This document shows, piece by piece, positions 30,398 through 40,405 of a stretch of 64,000 nt of DNA; positions within the stretch are counted from its first letter, which is position 1, and every line of letters starts with the position of its first letter. A program made the translations under genes and the position numbers. Source of the stretch: Cyanophyceae cyanobacterium (lineage in GTDB: Bacteria; Cyanobacteriota; Cyanobacteriia; Cyanobacteriales; JBHJGN01); the NCBI GenBank assembly GCA_050331735.1, contig JBHJGN010000044.1, positions 1 through 64,000 of the forward strand, in the 5' to 3' direction. A model generated the notes under the pieces. The model was not told the DNA's origin and did not search any database. It saw only the letters and a program-made list of their open reading frames with translations.

Positions 30398-31567
30398 CTA
30401 CGTCAGCGAGTCGTAAATGGCTTCTAGCTTGGAAGTCTGCTTGCGGATGTCGAATTTTCGACAAACAAACTCTCGACCCTGTTGCCCTAGTTTCTCGGCA
30501 AGAGCGCGATCGCCTAATAAAAGATCGAGTCTGTCTGCCAGAGCCGTCGTGTCTTTCTCTGGGACTAGAAAACCGGTCTCTTGATCTAAGACCGCTTCTG
30601 GAATCCCGCCATGCCAGGTAGAAACCACTGGAACACCACAGGCGGAAGCTTCATTAAACACAATTCCTAAAGCTTCTGAGTCGCCATTTTTAGCCGTCTG
30701 ACTTGGTAGAGCAAAAACTTCTGCTCCCTGCATCAGCGTTCGGATTGTCTGATGAGATTGAGCTCCCAAAAACCGAACGCGCTCTTCAAGGCCAAAAGAT
30801 TTAGCTAAGGAGCGCAGATAGCGAGACATCGACCCAGACCCGACCTGCAGGAGAATGACCTCTTGATGCTTGGCCGCGATTTGTGCAAAGGCTTTCAGCA
30901 GCGTATCAATGCCTTTTTTCTGCGTATGTCTACCAACACAGAGAATGTATCTTTTCTCTTTTCGGGGTATGGGAGTAAACCGTTCTGTATCGACTCCAAT
31001 GTAGTGCTGAACCACTTTCTCGGGAGGATAGCCTTTTTCAAGTAGCTTAGAGCGCACAAACTGCGAGACAGCAATAAATGCTGAGGCATTTTCCTGCAAT
31101 TTCTCTTCATGAAACAGCAGTTGATAGTATAAAAACTTGCCCGTTCGCCAGACAGCTTGACGAGAAAGCGTAATATCAAACCCGTGAAAGGTGACAACCA
31201 GAGGAATCTTCAGTTTCTCTGCTAACGCCATCGCATACACGCCATCTGTGCCAAAGTGAGCATGAATCAAGCTGAGCTGACTCAAAATATCTCGATGACC
31301 GAACCAATGGGGAGAGCGGGTCAATAAGACCAAGGTTTGCTTCAAATCTAACCAGTCACTCTCGCTTAGAGAGACAGTAGAAAAGGGAATCTGTCTTTTT
31401 AGAGTATTGGCAATGATCGTCGGTTGATATCGCCTCATCTGCTGAGCCTGCTCTTGAATAAAGGCTTCTGAAATGAGCGGAAAAACTCGTCGATAAATGC
31501 CAACGGTTCTAGTACATTGAGTTTTTGAGAAGCGATTGCGTGTGCTGATTTTCAGTAAGTTGGTCAC
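30398..31567 (-). CDS. Glycosyltransferase family 4 (WcaL-like)
   Basis: IHAHFG, TFHGFD, VGRHTQKKG, DSEALGIVFNEASACGVPVV. Confidence 0.9.
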   Translation of the reverse strand: MTNLLKISTRNRFSKTQCTRTVGIYRRVFPLISEAFIQEQAQQMRRYQPTIIANTLKRQIPFSTVSLSESDWLDLKQTLVLLTRSPHWFGHRDILSQLSLIHAHFGTDGVYAMALAEKLKIPLVVTFHGFDITLSRQAVWRTGKFLYYQLLFHEEKLQENASAFIAVSQFVRSKLLEKGYPPEKVVQHYIGVDTERFTPIPRKEKRYILCVGRHTQKKGIDTLLKAFAQIAAKHQEVILLQVGSGSMSRYLRSLAKSFGLEERVRFLGAQSHQTIRTLMQGAEVFALPSQTAKNGDSEALGIVFNEASACGVPVVSTWHGGIPEAVLDQETGFLVPEKDTTALADRLDLLLGDRALAEKLGQQGREFVCRKFDIRKQTSKLEAIYDSLT

Positions 31568-32754
31568 CGTTCTGCTGATTTTAAGGTTAGGGGCAAGCTG
31601 ATCTCGTTTAATTCGGTCATGTCGATGATTTTTTTGGCATATTCTACCGGGCTACAGTGTGCCTCAACCCATCGTCTTCCCTGAGAGAGAAGCTGTGGAG
31701 TATGGGGATCTGACGCTACCCGAATAATTGTGTCAGCAACTGCGGTCGGATTTTCCGGATTGACAGTCCATTCGGGGGCAATATTGCGTAAGCTTTCACC
31801 AACGCCACCCGTCTCGCTCCCGACGACCGGAACTCCACAGGCGATCGCCTCAACAACTGTCAATCCAAACGGCTCTCGCGGAGCGAGAGTAACGAGAACA
31901 TCTGTGTAGTTGTAGTAGTCTTTGATAGTAAATGTCGGCGGCAATACCGTAAAGCGGTCTGCGATGCCATAAATTTCTGCCTGCTCTAGTAAAGCACGAG
32001 TCTGACACTTTTCGGGAGAAGTGTCCAATCCAATGACAACTCCGTGGTAGTGATGCCCTTTCGCTTTAAGCTGCGCCAGCACCGGAAATAAAGCGCGGAG
32101 GTTTTTATCGTTGACTCCACCAGGCTTACTAATGCGGGAGGCTGTGAGCATCACCCGCGCTCCAGAGTTCAAAATCGGCTGTAGCTCTGCTGGTGGCGGT
32201 CCCACCGGAAGACGAGGATTAAATCGTTCTTCTAGGTCTACAGCCGGATAAAGAATTCCGCAAACATGAGGAACGAGAGCGCGAATCCGACTGGCCGTGA
32301 ATTCTGAGTTGCAGATCGCTCGCGGAGACAGGCAAGTAAACGTTAGCTTTCTAACCAAATTACCAAGCAGATTGTAAGAACGAGCCTGGTCGTGAAAGCT
32401 ATAGTAAATCGGACGACCGCTGAGCCGGAGCTTAATGGCGGCAAAAGCGAGCGTCGATAGTGCCTGGCTATTGACACAATTTTCTAGCAGCAACGGCCAA
32501 TCTTTGGGCTGTTGACTGACCCAGGATAGCGACTGCTTGACGAACTGAGTCTGGTTAGAAGCGTTAATTGAATGCAGACTAAGACTGCCGACCTCGTGTT
32601 GCAAATATCTTTCGACCAGTGAACCAGCTCGTACCAAAAAGCAGAGCTGCTCGGAGGCCTGACAGCGATGAAATCCTTTGATTAGCATCGAAAAGGAAAC
32701 GATCATGCCCCCGAGGCTATCGCAGGTTCCGGGCAAAACTAAGAGCTTACGCAT
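31564..32754 (-). CDS. Glycosyltransferase family 4
   Basis: EPFGLTVVEAIACGVPVVGS. Confidence 0.88.
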   Translation of the reverse strand: MRKLLVLPGTCDSLGGMIVSFSMLIKGFHRCQASEQLCFLVRAGSLVERYLQHEVGSLSLHSINASNQTQFVKQSLSWVSQQPKDWPLLLENCVNSQALSTLAFAAIKLRLSGRPIYYSFHDQARSYNLLGNLVRKLTFTCLSPRAICNSEFTASRIRALVPHVCGILYPAVDLEERFNPRLPVGPPPAELQPILNSGARVMLTASRISKPGGVNDKNLRALFPVLAQLKAKGHHYHGVVIGLDTSPEKCQTRALLEQAEIYGIADRFTVLPPTFTIKDYYNYTDVLVTLAPREPFGLTVVEAIACGVPVVGSETGGVGESLRNIAPEWTVNPENPTAVADTIIRVASDPHTPQLLSQGRRWVEAHCSPVEYAKKIIDMTELNEISLPLTLKSAER

Positions 32755-34115
32755 ACAAGACTCCTTCTCTTCTGGGATCGTTGTGCGGGCTGACGACTGA
32801 CTAAGCTCAGCAAAACACAGAGTTGAATAGTACTAGACAGCTCTGCGACGGGAAAAATGAGGCTCCACAGCAGGAGAGAGAGGAAGCAGCTTAAAGGTCT
32901 GCCTGAACGAGATTTGTAGAGCCAAGAAAACAACCCTAGCCAATAAGCGAAAAACAGCCCAGTTCCAATCGTTCCTCTTTTATATAACAGGCCGAGGACA
33001 AAGCTATGAGTACCAAGTGACACTCTAGCCTGCTTCATATCAGTCCCGTAACTTCTGACCGAATCTCCTGTAGTTACATGACCAAAAATAGGTTTCTCGG
33101 GGATTTGCTCTAGAGTTTGAGTGTAAATTGCCATTCTTTCCCCAGTGGAATCAGCTCGGTACTCTCCAACTGTATTTGTCGTCTCTAGATAGTTGTCGTG
33201 CAGCTGAGCCGTAATGGGCGGAAAAGAGAGAGCAAGGAAAGAGACTATTGCAAGAAGGCCACAGAGACAAGCTCGCCCCCAAGCTTTAGCAATAGTAATG
33301 AGATACCGCACGAGCAAAACAATCGGCAACATGACCCAGACAGAGCGAGTAGCACTGACAATCACTAAAAGAATGCAGGCACTAAATAAAAGCTGCGACC
33401 AAAGGCGGTTTCTGATATCCAATGCCAGTAGACTCATGAATGCACAGTACTGGGCCATTTCTATCGGCCCAGGAAAGAACAGAGAGAATCGAGGTAAGCT
33501 GCCGAAAACTAGTTGATGATTAATGTAAGGAATTAAATGAGTAAAGCGACTAGCACCTTCTTCATAGGTTCTTGCTCCTCTCAAAATTCCCCAAAGCGTA
33601 TTAGGCGGACTGTAAACAGGTGTCCCGAGAAGCACAAAAACTAGCAGGCAGACTAGCATTTCTACTGCACTAACGGTACAAGCCCAAATCAGAACCACCG
33701 GCCTAACTCTAAAGTTATTACTCTGGATGTACCAAGTTAACGATGGATAGCAGAATCCTATCAGAGATTTCACAAGCGAAAGCGGGTCGAGCGAGTTCGT
33801 CGATGCCAGCTCATTGAATAGTCCGCCTAAGAACACGTATCCCGAGTAAGCAAACAGGGCAGCTGACAAGAAGTCTATTTTTTTGAGCCGGAACTTGCCA
33901 TAGCAGAGCATTTCATAGGCAATAATAGCTGCCATAGCTAGCGGGGTCCAGTATTGATACAGGCCGGAGACCCACCACAGCGGCAGCAGAACAATATTGG
34001 CACAAACGACCTGTTCTGGTCCTGTCAGCGCTTGCCAGTGAATCCAAATTCCAGAAAAAAGCCGCTCACTGTTTGCTTGTTGAGCTGAGGTTTTACGAAG
34101 AGTAAGTTGCGTCAT
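32739..34115 (-). CDS. Wzy polymerase / O-antigen ligase family protein
   Basis: ~10 TMs, SATRS, R...KPIFGH, HSF..GLLYKRGTIG. Confidence 0.8.
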   Translation of the reverse strand: MTQLTLRKTSAQQANSERLFSGIWIHWQALTGPEQVVCANIVLLPLWWVSGLYQYWTPLAMAAIIAYEMLCYGKFRLKKIDFLSAALFAYSGYVFLGGLFNELASTNSLDPLSLVKSLIGFCYPSLTWYIQSNNFRVRPVVLIWACTVSAVEMLVCLLVFVLLGTPVYSPPNTLWGILRGARTYEEGASRFTHLIPYINHQLVFGSLPRFSLFFPGPIEMAQYCAFMSLLALDIRNRLWSQLLFSACILLVIVSATRSVWVMLPIVLLVRYLITIAKAWGRACLCGLLAIVSFLALSFPPITAQLHDNYLETTNTVGEYRADSTGERMAIYTQTLEQIPEKPIFGHVTTGDSVRSYGTDMKQARVSLGTHSFVLGLLYKRGTIGTGLFFAYWLGLFSWLYKSRSGRPLSCFLSLLLWSLIFPVAELSSTIQLCVLLSLVSRQPAQRSQKRRSLVCVSS

Positions 34116-34132
34116 CGGTTGATTCCAAACTT

Positions 34133-36196
34133 TTAGGCTTCTGCTTCGAGGACTTCTTTGTGACCGTAGCGGTAGCCTTCAGTACGGGACTCAACGCCAT
34201 TAACTATTAGTCCTTTAACCTGAGCGCTATGACGCTGGAGCTGATCGAGGCTATCAATTACCGAGTAGCGATCGCTGGTTCCCGGTCGAACTACAAACAG
34301 GACGTTCTGCGCCGCTGCACTCATTAGAGGTGTTTCGCTCACTAGGCTGACTGGAGCGCTGTCTACCAACACATAGTCATAGCGTCCGGTTTGCTGAGCT
34401 GTGCTGAGTCGCTGATTGAATTTCTCGCGGGTAAATTCACAAATTCTGTCAGTCGGCATGATGAGCGCCGGCATCAAGTCTAAACCTGGGTAGACAGACA
34501 CCAAAGAAGTATTATCTTCTGGGTCTATTTTGGTATATCCTAAACGTCGGCTCATTTCTGCCTGCCTGAAATCGCCATCGACCACCAAAACGCGAAATCC
34601 GAGTTTGGCTAGAGCGATCGCAACTCCCAAGGTTACCGTTGTTTTTCCTTCACTAAAGGTGGCGCTTGTCACCATCAGGCGACGGTTTTCAAGCTGAAGA
34701 AAGCTTAAAGCGGAGGCCAGACGCTGAAACTCGGTTTCTGCCTCTGCATCTAGCTCCCAACGAAGATGGGGCTGTTTGAGTCGAGAAACTCGTCCTAGTA
34801 CTGGAAATTCTACCTGCTGCAGGTCTTTAGGACTGAGCAACGGCTTGCGAGATTCTAGGAAGAACAGGATGCTCATGCTGCCAAACGCGGCAGCGAGAAT
34901 CCCGCCAAGAATCACTAGCTTGCGATTTGGTTCAGTCGGTTCAGGATCCAAGGTAGGTCCATCGACAAGCTGAACATTTGGATAACTATCGAAGGTGTTG
35001 ATCTTCGACTGACTAACCTGCGCCGTAATTCCTTTGTAGATTCCTTCGGCAATGTCGTACTTGCGCTGTAGCTCTGTCAGTTGAGCTTTGTTTTTAGACA
35101 CAAAAGCTAGTTCAGACGATAGTTGCTCGACCCGATTTTGAATTTGGCTAGCTTGTTGCTGTAGACCTTGAGCCGTAATCTGAGTTCTGATTAAATCCGT
35201 GATCATGCCAATGCGGCTATCGGCACCGCTCCCGCCTAGGGTGGCGTCTACGCTGGTGACTGCCACTCCTGGAATCGCCTTGGCTACCTGCTGATTGAGC
35301 TGCTCTTGTAGCTCTTGACGCTCTAGCGACAGCGACTGAATCTTAGGATTTTCGTTAGTATACCGGCTACGAGCCTCTGCCAGAGCAATTTCTGTTTGTG
35401 ATAGTTGCTCTCGAACAGCTTGGTACTCGACATTTTCTGCGAGTCGCAGAGAATTCATTGCCTGCTGAGGAGTGATTTGGAGAAAGGCAGCAGCCATTTT
35501 AGCTTCTGTTTCATTGGCTTGAGCATCTGCTAAGATTTGGGCATGCCGAGTTTTAAGTTCATTAATCGACTCAATCAGCTCGCCAGTTTGGACATCAACA
35601 TTGACCAAGCCAGTTGACCGCTGAAACTCGTTTAATTGATTCTGAGCCTGCAGTAGGTTTTGATGAGATTGTTCGAGCTCTCCTTGAGCGAACTGCTCGC
35701 GAACACTAGCATCTTGCTGACGAAGTTCGTTCAAACGCTGCTGATAAGCATCGACCAGATTATTCAGGCGCTCGATAGCAAGTTCCGGACTAGAGCCTTC
35801 AGCGGAGAGGGAAATCATGGTGGTTTGCTCTTGAGGTTCTGCCGAAAATAAGCCGCGATAGCTGGATAATTTTGAATAATCTTCGTTTTCGGGGTCCACT
35901 TCTAAAACGCGTTCTAGGACACTATCGCTCGTAATAATTTCTGACTGGACAACCAGAGGATTAACCGCATTGGAGAAACCAATACTGCTATCTCTAATAC
36001 TTCCTAATGTCCCTAGATCGGCATTGAGATTACCTTCTTTCGCTGGCAGATTAAGCTGTGCCTCAGCTTCCCATACTGGCGGAGAAGATTTTTCTGCATA
36101 GACAGTAGCGGCATAAGCTGTAGCAGCTAAAACAACACAATTCAGTCCTAATAAAGGTTTCCAGTGTCTGCGAACAACAGAAAATGTATGATTCAT
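34133..36196 (-). CDS. wzc: Wzc/GumC polysaccharide co-polymerase with BY-kinase domain
   Basis: N-terminal TM, long coiled-coil, second TM, SATFSEGKTT Walker A, VVDGDFR, YVLVDSAP. Confidence 0.88.
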   Translation of the reverse strand: MNHTFSVVRRHWKPLLGLNCVVLAATAYAATVYAEKSSPPVWEAEAQLNLPAKEGNLNADLGTLGSIRDSSIGFSNAVNPLVVQSEIITSDSVLERVLEVDPENEDYSKLSSYRGLFSAEPQEQTTMISLSAEGSSPELAIERLNNLVDAYQQRLNELRQQDASVREQFAQGELEQSHQNLLQAQNQLNEFQRSTGLVNVDVQTGELIESINELKTRHAQILADAQANETEAKMAAAFLQITPQQAMNSLRLAENVEYQAVREQLSQTEIALAEARSRYTNENPKIQSLSLERQELQEQLNQQVAKAIPGVAVTSVDATLGGSGADSRIGMITDLIRTQITAQGLQQQASQIQNRVEQLSSELAFVSKNKAQLTELQRKYDIAEGIYKGITAQVSQSKINTFDSYPNVQLVDGPTLDPEPTEPNRKLVILGGILAAAFGSMSILFFLESRKPLLSPKDLQQVEFPVLGRVSRLKQPHLRWELDAEAETEFQRLASALSFLQLENRRLMVTSATFSEGKTTVTLGVAIALAKLGFRVLVVDGDFRQAEMSRRLGYTKIDPEDNTSLVSVYPGLDLMPALIMPTDRICEFTREKFNQRLSTAQQTGRYDYVLVDSAPVSLVSETPLMSAAAQNVLFVVRPGTSDRYSVIDSLDQLQRHSAQVKGLIVNGVESRTEGYRYGHKEVLEAEA

Positions 36197-36357
36197 AATA
36201 TTTAGCTATATCTTACTGACGATTAAGGTTTTAACGCTGTTGACCGATCATGCATCCTTGCAAACGGGTGCTGACCAAAATTGTCGGTGGCTTAGAGAGC
36301 TAATATTTCTAGCAAGAGAAAATCATCAACTCGGCAGCGGCTCATTTGTTCGACTAC

Positions 36358-37401
36358 TTACCTCTGAGGTAGAGTAGAAGGAAGTTTACTAATTTTTGTG
36401 AGCTTTAAGCGCAAGTAACCGCGAAGCCCTAAACGCAGAACCGCTTTTCCTTGAGCCGGAAACAGAGCGCAAATACCACGCCGTAGGAACCTTTCCAGCG
36501 TATTTTGCGGGCTATAGCCAATAGCAATACTTTCTTGTAGGGAAAGCCAAAGAATCCGCCACGCTTCAATCCAGGATGACTGTCCTTGCTGAAGAACGGA
36601 AAGACTACGATAATCAACATCCCGACGCAAATCAAATTGCTGATTCAGCCCAGCTTTCAAAGCCGCTTGGTTAATGTAGGCAGCGGTTACTTCACGCTGA
36701 TGAAGGAGATACTTAAGATCGTCGTTGCGAGCCTGCAAATTATTGCCGTGCATGCGGTAGAACATCAACGGTTCATCAATGCAGCCAACCTCCCCGTAGA
36801 AAGGAACAGTAGCAGCCAGATAAGTATCTGCGGCTTCTGAGCGCTGAGTTGGAATTGGCAATACTTTTTGAAGGGTTTGCCGGCGGTAGGCGAGTCCAGA
36901 AGTAATCGACCAGGCATACTTGCCCCACTGCAATAGCAGAGGACGAACGTCTCCTCGACTGTGGGCGAGATATCCCTGACCAATCGGCTTTCCTTCTCGA
37001 TTGACCGAGATTCTACCGTGGGAAATTTGTACCCATTGAGGATGTTCTTGAAAAGCCGCCACGACTTTAGCTAGTTTGTCTTTTCGAAAATAATCATCAG
37101 CATCCAAAAAACAAACAATTTCCCCGGATGAACGAGCAATGCCTAAATTAAATGCCGCTCCCTGGCCAGCGTTTGCTTGAAAAATAGCCGTCATCTTTCC
37201 GCGATAGGATTCAAGGATCTCTCGAGAGCGGTCGGTTGAACCATCATCGACGACTAACAGCTCAAAATTTTGATAAGTTTGTTGTAATACACTTTCAATC
37301 GCTTGTGATAAAAAACAACCATAGTTGTAATTAGCAATAACAACGCTGACGAAGGGATGCTCTTTGCTAGGAGAAGTGGTTTTCGATTGAAGCATTGTCA
37401 T
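36358..37401 (-). CDS. Glycosyltransferase family 2
   Basis: VSVVIANYNYG, VDDGSTD, FLDADD, YRMHGNN. Confidence 0.9.
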   Translation of the reverse strand: MTMLQSKTTSPSKEHPFVSVVIANYNYGCFLSQAIESVLQQTYQNFELLVVDDGSTDRSREILESYRGKMTAIFQANAGQGAAFNLGIARSSGEIVCFLDADDYFRKDKLAKVVAAFQEHPQWVQISHGRISVNREGKPIGQGYLAHSRGDVRPLLLQWGKYAWSITSGLAYRRQTLQKVLPIPTQRSEAADTYLAATVPFYGEVGCIDEPLMFYRMHGNNLQARNDDLKYLLHQREVTAAYINQAALKAGLNQQFDLRRDVDYRSLSVLQQGQSSWIEAWRILWLSLQESIAIGYSPQNTLERFLRRGICALFPAQGKAVLRLGLRGYLRLKLTKISKLPSTLPQR

Positions 37402-37529
37402 GACTGTCCCTCTAGAGCTTCTGACAAAAGTAATAACTGAGTCAAACTGTTTCTAATTGATGTAGTTTAGCGAGAAGATAGGAGCTCGCGGCTAGTCACA
37501 GTTATACAATCCTTGATGTTCGGACAACG

Positions 37530-37560
37530 AAAAAAACGAAGCTTTGTAAAAAGCTTCGCT
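37530..37560 (-). terminator. Strong intrinsic terminator/attenuator upstream of the main EPS operon
   Basis: Minus RNA GCGAAGCUUU-UUAC-AAAGCUUCG followed by U7. Confidence 0.8.
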
Positions 37561-37637
37561 TAGCCTACTATTGCACTTGCCCTATTTTTAACTAGCAAGG
37601 ATAACTAGAAAGCAATCGAGATGATAGAAACAGAAGA

Positions 37638-37704
37638 GTGAAATACATCCTTAATCTAAAACTGCTCAAGTGCACTCTTGGTGTCTTCTTAAACAAGCTT
37701 TCAG
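37638..37704 (-). ncRNA. Conserved structured leader element, copy 3
   Basis: UUGUUUAAG-AAGACACCAAGAGUGCA-CUUGAGCAG; box AUGUAUUUCAC at 37638-37648. Confidence 0.75.
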
Positions 37705-37771
37705 CAAATAGGCTGCTGCAACTCGGGGAATTTAGCCAGCTAGATTAAAGTTTTCTTGTTGTCTTTTCTGA

Positions 37772-37780
37772 AGTATAACA
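37772..37780 (-). promoter_or_regulatory. Putative extended -10 promoter (TGtTATACT)
   Basis: TGnTATACT ~70 nt upstream of the copy 3 stem. Confidence 0.5.
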
Positions 37781-37914
37781 TAACTTCTGAAATTTTTTGC
37801 AGGTTCTACAAAGAAAATTTCTATTTGCCTTAAACCAAACACTTTCTAGCGCAGCAGGAAGAAGCAGAAAAACGAATTTACCGGAATCCAGAGCAATTAC
37901 TGGACAATAGGTTA

Positions 37915-38613
37915 CTAAAAGGCGTTATGCTTACTAAGAAGTGTGAAGATTGTCTCTACAATTAAACTGATGTCGTAGAGCAAAGACCATTTTTCTTGAT
38001 AAGCTAAATCGAGCTGGATTACTTCATCAAAATCTTGAATGCGCGAGCGACCTTTAACTTGCCATTCGCCCGTCAAACCGGGTTTAACGTAGAGTCTTTG
38101 CCAGTGAGAAGGACAATATTGCTGAACTTCGTCAGGCGTTGGCGGTCGAGTTCCAACTAAGCTCATATCACCACACAGAACATTCCAAAACTGAGGAAAC
38201 TCGTCGAGACTAGTACGACGCAACCAGCGTCCTACTTTGGTTGTGCGTGGATCTTGTTTATTTTTGAACAGTGGACCACGGATTTGATTTTCAACTAGAT
38301 GCTTCATCTGTTCGGCATTAACAACCATTGAGCGGAATTTCCAAATTTTGAACGGTTTACCGTATAGACCAACGCGAGTTTGTCTAAAAAAGATTGGCCC
38401 CGGATTATCAATAAATATTAAAAACGAAACAGGAATTAACAGGATTAGCAAAGCCGTTAACCCCACCAAGGCACCACAAATATCAATAATTCTTTTCGCT
38501 CTACTACGGACAGAAGGATGGGTGGAAGTCAGGCTATTAAAAGCACTAGCCGTTCCGGTGGTGTACCGAATCATAATTTTATGAGGAGCAGGCATACTGT
38601 TTTCAGCAACCAA
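37915..38613 (-). CDS. Priming sugar transferase (Bac_transf, WcaJ/CpsE-like)
   Basis: KRIIDI, FKIWKFRSM, DPRTTKVG..LRRTSLDEFPQFWNVL, KPGLTG.WQV. Confidence 0.93.
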   Translation of the reverse strand: MVAENSMPAPHKIMIRYTTGTASAFNSLTSTHPSVRSRAKRIIDICGALVGLTALLILLIPVSFLIFIDNPGPIFFRQTRVGLYGKPFKIWKFRSMVVNAEQMKHLVENQIRGPLFKNKQDPRTTKVGRWLRRTSLDEFPQFWNVLCGDMSLVGTRPPTPDEVQQYCPSHWQRLYVKPGLTGEWQVKGRSRIQDFDEVIQLDLAYQEKWSLLYDISLIVETIFTLLSKHNAF

Positions 38614-38724
38614 AAAAAGTAATGATTAAAAACCGAGTCGTTAGTTTATATTCAAGAATGAAAAATTGCGACCAATCAGTGTTGAGCGGTCGAGCTAGCT
38701 TAAGCATTAGTAAACTGACAGTTT

Positions 38725-39627
38725 CTAAATCGATTGATAAATAACGTAGGTATTATGAAACCATTCAAAGAAAAGATTAAAATCGTAGTCGATTTGCATT
38801 AAATCTAGCCCAACGTCGTGGTCATAACAGCAGGCAATTACTTCGTCTAAAAAGATTTTGGTGGCATGCAGACAGGCGTGGGAGGTATCTCGAATTAGCT
38901 TTAAGTGATTCGCGTAGGAAAAGTGAGTAGTCGAAGACTCTAAATAAAATAGATGTAAATCGAGCAAGCTTGCTGGCTGCACTGCTAGCGTAATTTTTCT
39001 TGAAGAATCTAGTAGAGCTTTAATCCCAACGGTTTCTGCACGTTCAGTTAGAGCTGAACCATCAAAAATCTCCATACTGATACAGCCATCAGCATAGCCT
39101 TCTGTCATTTTACAAGTATCAGTAAACTCCCTAAGCTGCTGCTGCGCTCGCTCAATAAACCGTTGCAACTTTGCTTTGAGAGACTGTAATTTAGCATCTT
39201 TAGGTGACTGTAAGAGCTTTTCCTCAAGTAAAGCATAGAGACAATAAGCCTGCTTGAGTGAGGTCGCTATATAGGGACACAGTGAAGACTCGTCGATTTC
39301 TTCTGCCAAGAACGCCAACATTACAACGGCTTCGCAGAGCTGCTCACTCAAAAACTGAATGGTTTTTAGGTCTTTACTGTGAAGCTCTAGCAACAGGAAT
39401 GAACGATAGCTACGGCTGAGCTTAAGAAACAGTCCTAATGTTATTCGATTGTAAACAGCAGTTAAGAAGGCTTCACCGTTGATGAGCTTGTCTTCAATCT
39501 CTTGAAGATACTCGGCTAGGATTTCGCTGCCGCGGAAGAATTTTTGCTCCAGAGAATCTTTGGTTTCTCCACCAGCATCGACTAAAGGTAATTTTAGGCT
39601 CATAGTCAAATGGCTTTTTGTATTCAT
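38725..39627 (-). CDS. Hypothetical all-helical protein (possibly DUF5677-like)
   Basis: Long ORF; start uncertain (39774/39627/39603); no clear catalytic motif. Confidence 0.6.
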   Translation of the reverse strand: MNTKSHLTMSLKLPLVDAGGETKDSLEQKFFRGSEILAEYLQEIEDKLINGEAFLTAVYNRITLGLFLKLSRSYRSFLLLELHSKDLKTIQFLSEQLCEAVVMLAFLAEEIDESSLCPYIATSLKQAYCLYALLEEKLLQSPKDAKLQSLKAKLQRFIERAQQQLREFTDTCKMTEGYADGCISMEIFDGSALTERAETVGIKALLDSSRKITLAVQPASLLDLHLFYLESSTTHFSYANHLKLIRDTSHACLHATKIFLDEVIACCYDHDVGLDLMQIDYDFNLFFEWFHNTYVIYQSI

Positions 39628-40012
39628 TAGCCAATATCTTATTGCTACGCTAGCAAAAATCAGAACTTGATTTACTAGGATGTTTATTGGGCATTGGACA
39701 AAACAGCAAAGCGGCAACAGATATGCAAAAACCCCAACCAGCTGAAAGCGCTGTAGTGCAGCCAGAGCAAACATCCATCATCGTTAGAATCAGGTAGCTA
39801 CAGGCGGCAAGAACAGCGCTATCTTGTTTTGTCTCAGCGAATGAAACTCTATTCTGAGACCTTTGCTCGGTTGTCCATTTTTTTCTGGAGCTTTTTTGTT
39901 GCTCCACACAAAATCGAGATGAGAAATGCAGTTTCGCATCAGGCAATGCCGTCAGCGTTGATACCTGGTAGGGCTGCCGGTGCCAAGACAGGATAGAAAA
40001 TTATTGAACTGG

Positions 40013-40405
40013 TTAGGAAAGCCTAGCGCCACGACTCATACGATAGCTATACTCGCTAACCGAGGGATTTGGTCGGTCTGGGCTTACGTTGTTTGCCTGT
40101 TTCCAATGCCTGCTGTTGGCCAGAGTCGAATTTAAAGTGCCATCCTCTTGACGAGAAAGCAATAGCCATATCTTGCCGTGTTCACCACAGAAAAACTCTT
40201 CGATCCATTTACTCCGGTCTGTATACGTACCCTGACTCGCTATTAATTTAGCCTTTTTACTAGTGACTTGGCACATTTCCTGGATGGCAGCACTGTCTGT
40301 ATAGCACAAATGATGCCTTGGTCCATTGACTCTCCAGAGTCTTTCTTGGCAGTAGGGGCAAAAAAACTTTTGTGTTTTTTTTCTGCGGCTTCTTTTGTTT
40401 GGCAC
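40013..40405 (-). CDS. Small basic Cys/His (zinc-finger-like) protein with Arg/Lys-rich N-terminus
   Basis: MPNKRSRRKK-...CPYC...FFCGEHG; AAGGAG RBS ~10 nt before GTG start. Confidence 0.8.
   Translation of the reverse strand: MPNKRSRRKKTQKFFCPYCQERLWRVNGPRHHLCYTDSAAIQEMCQVTSKKAKLIASQGTYTDRSKWIEEFFCGEHGKIWLLLSRQEDGTLNSTLANSRHWKQANNVSPDRPNPSVSEYSYRMSRGARLS

Noticed and set aside
39650..39946. 98-aa ORF overlapping the 5' extension of the helical protein
   Set aside because: No motif or RBS; likely spurious.
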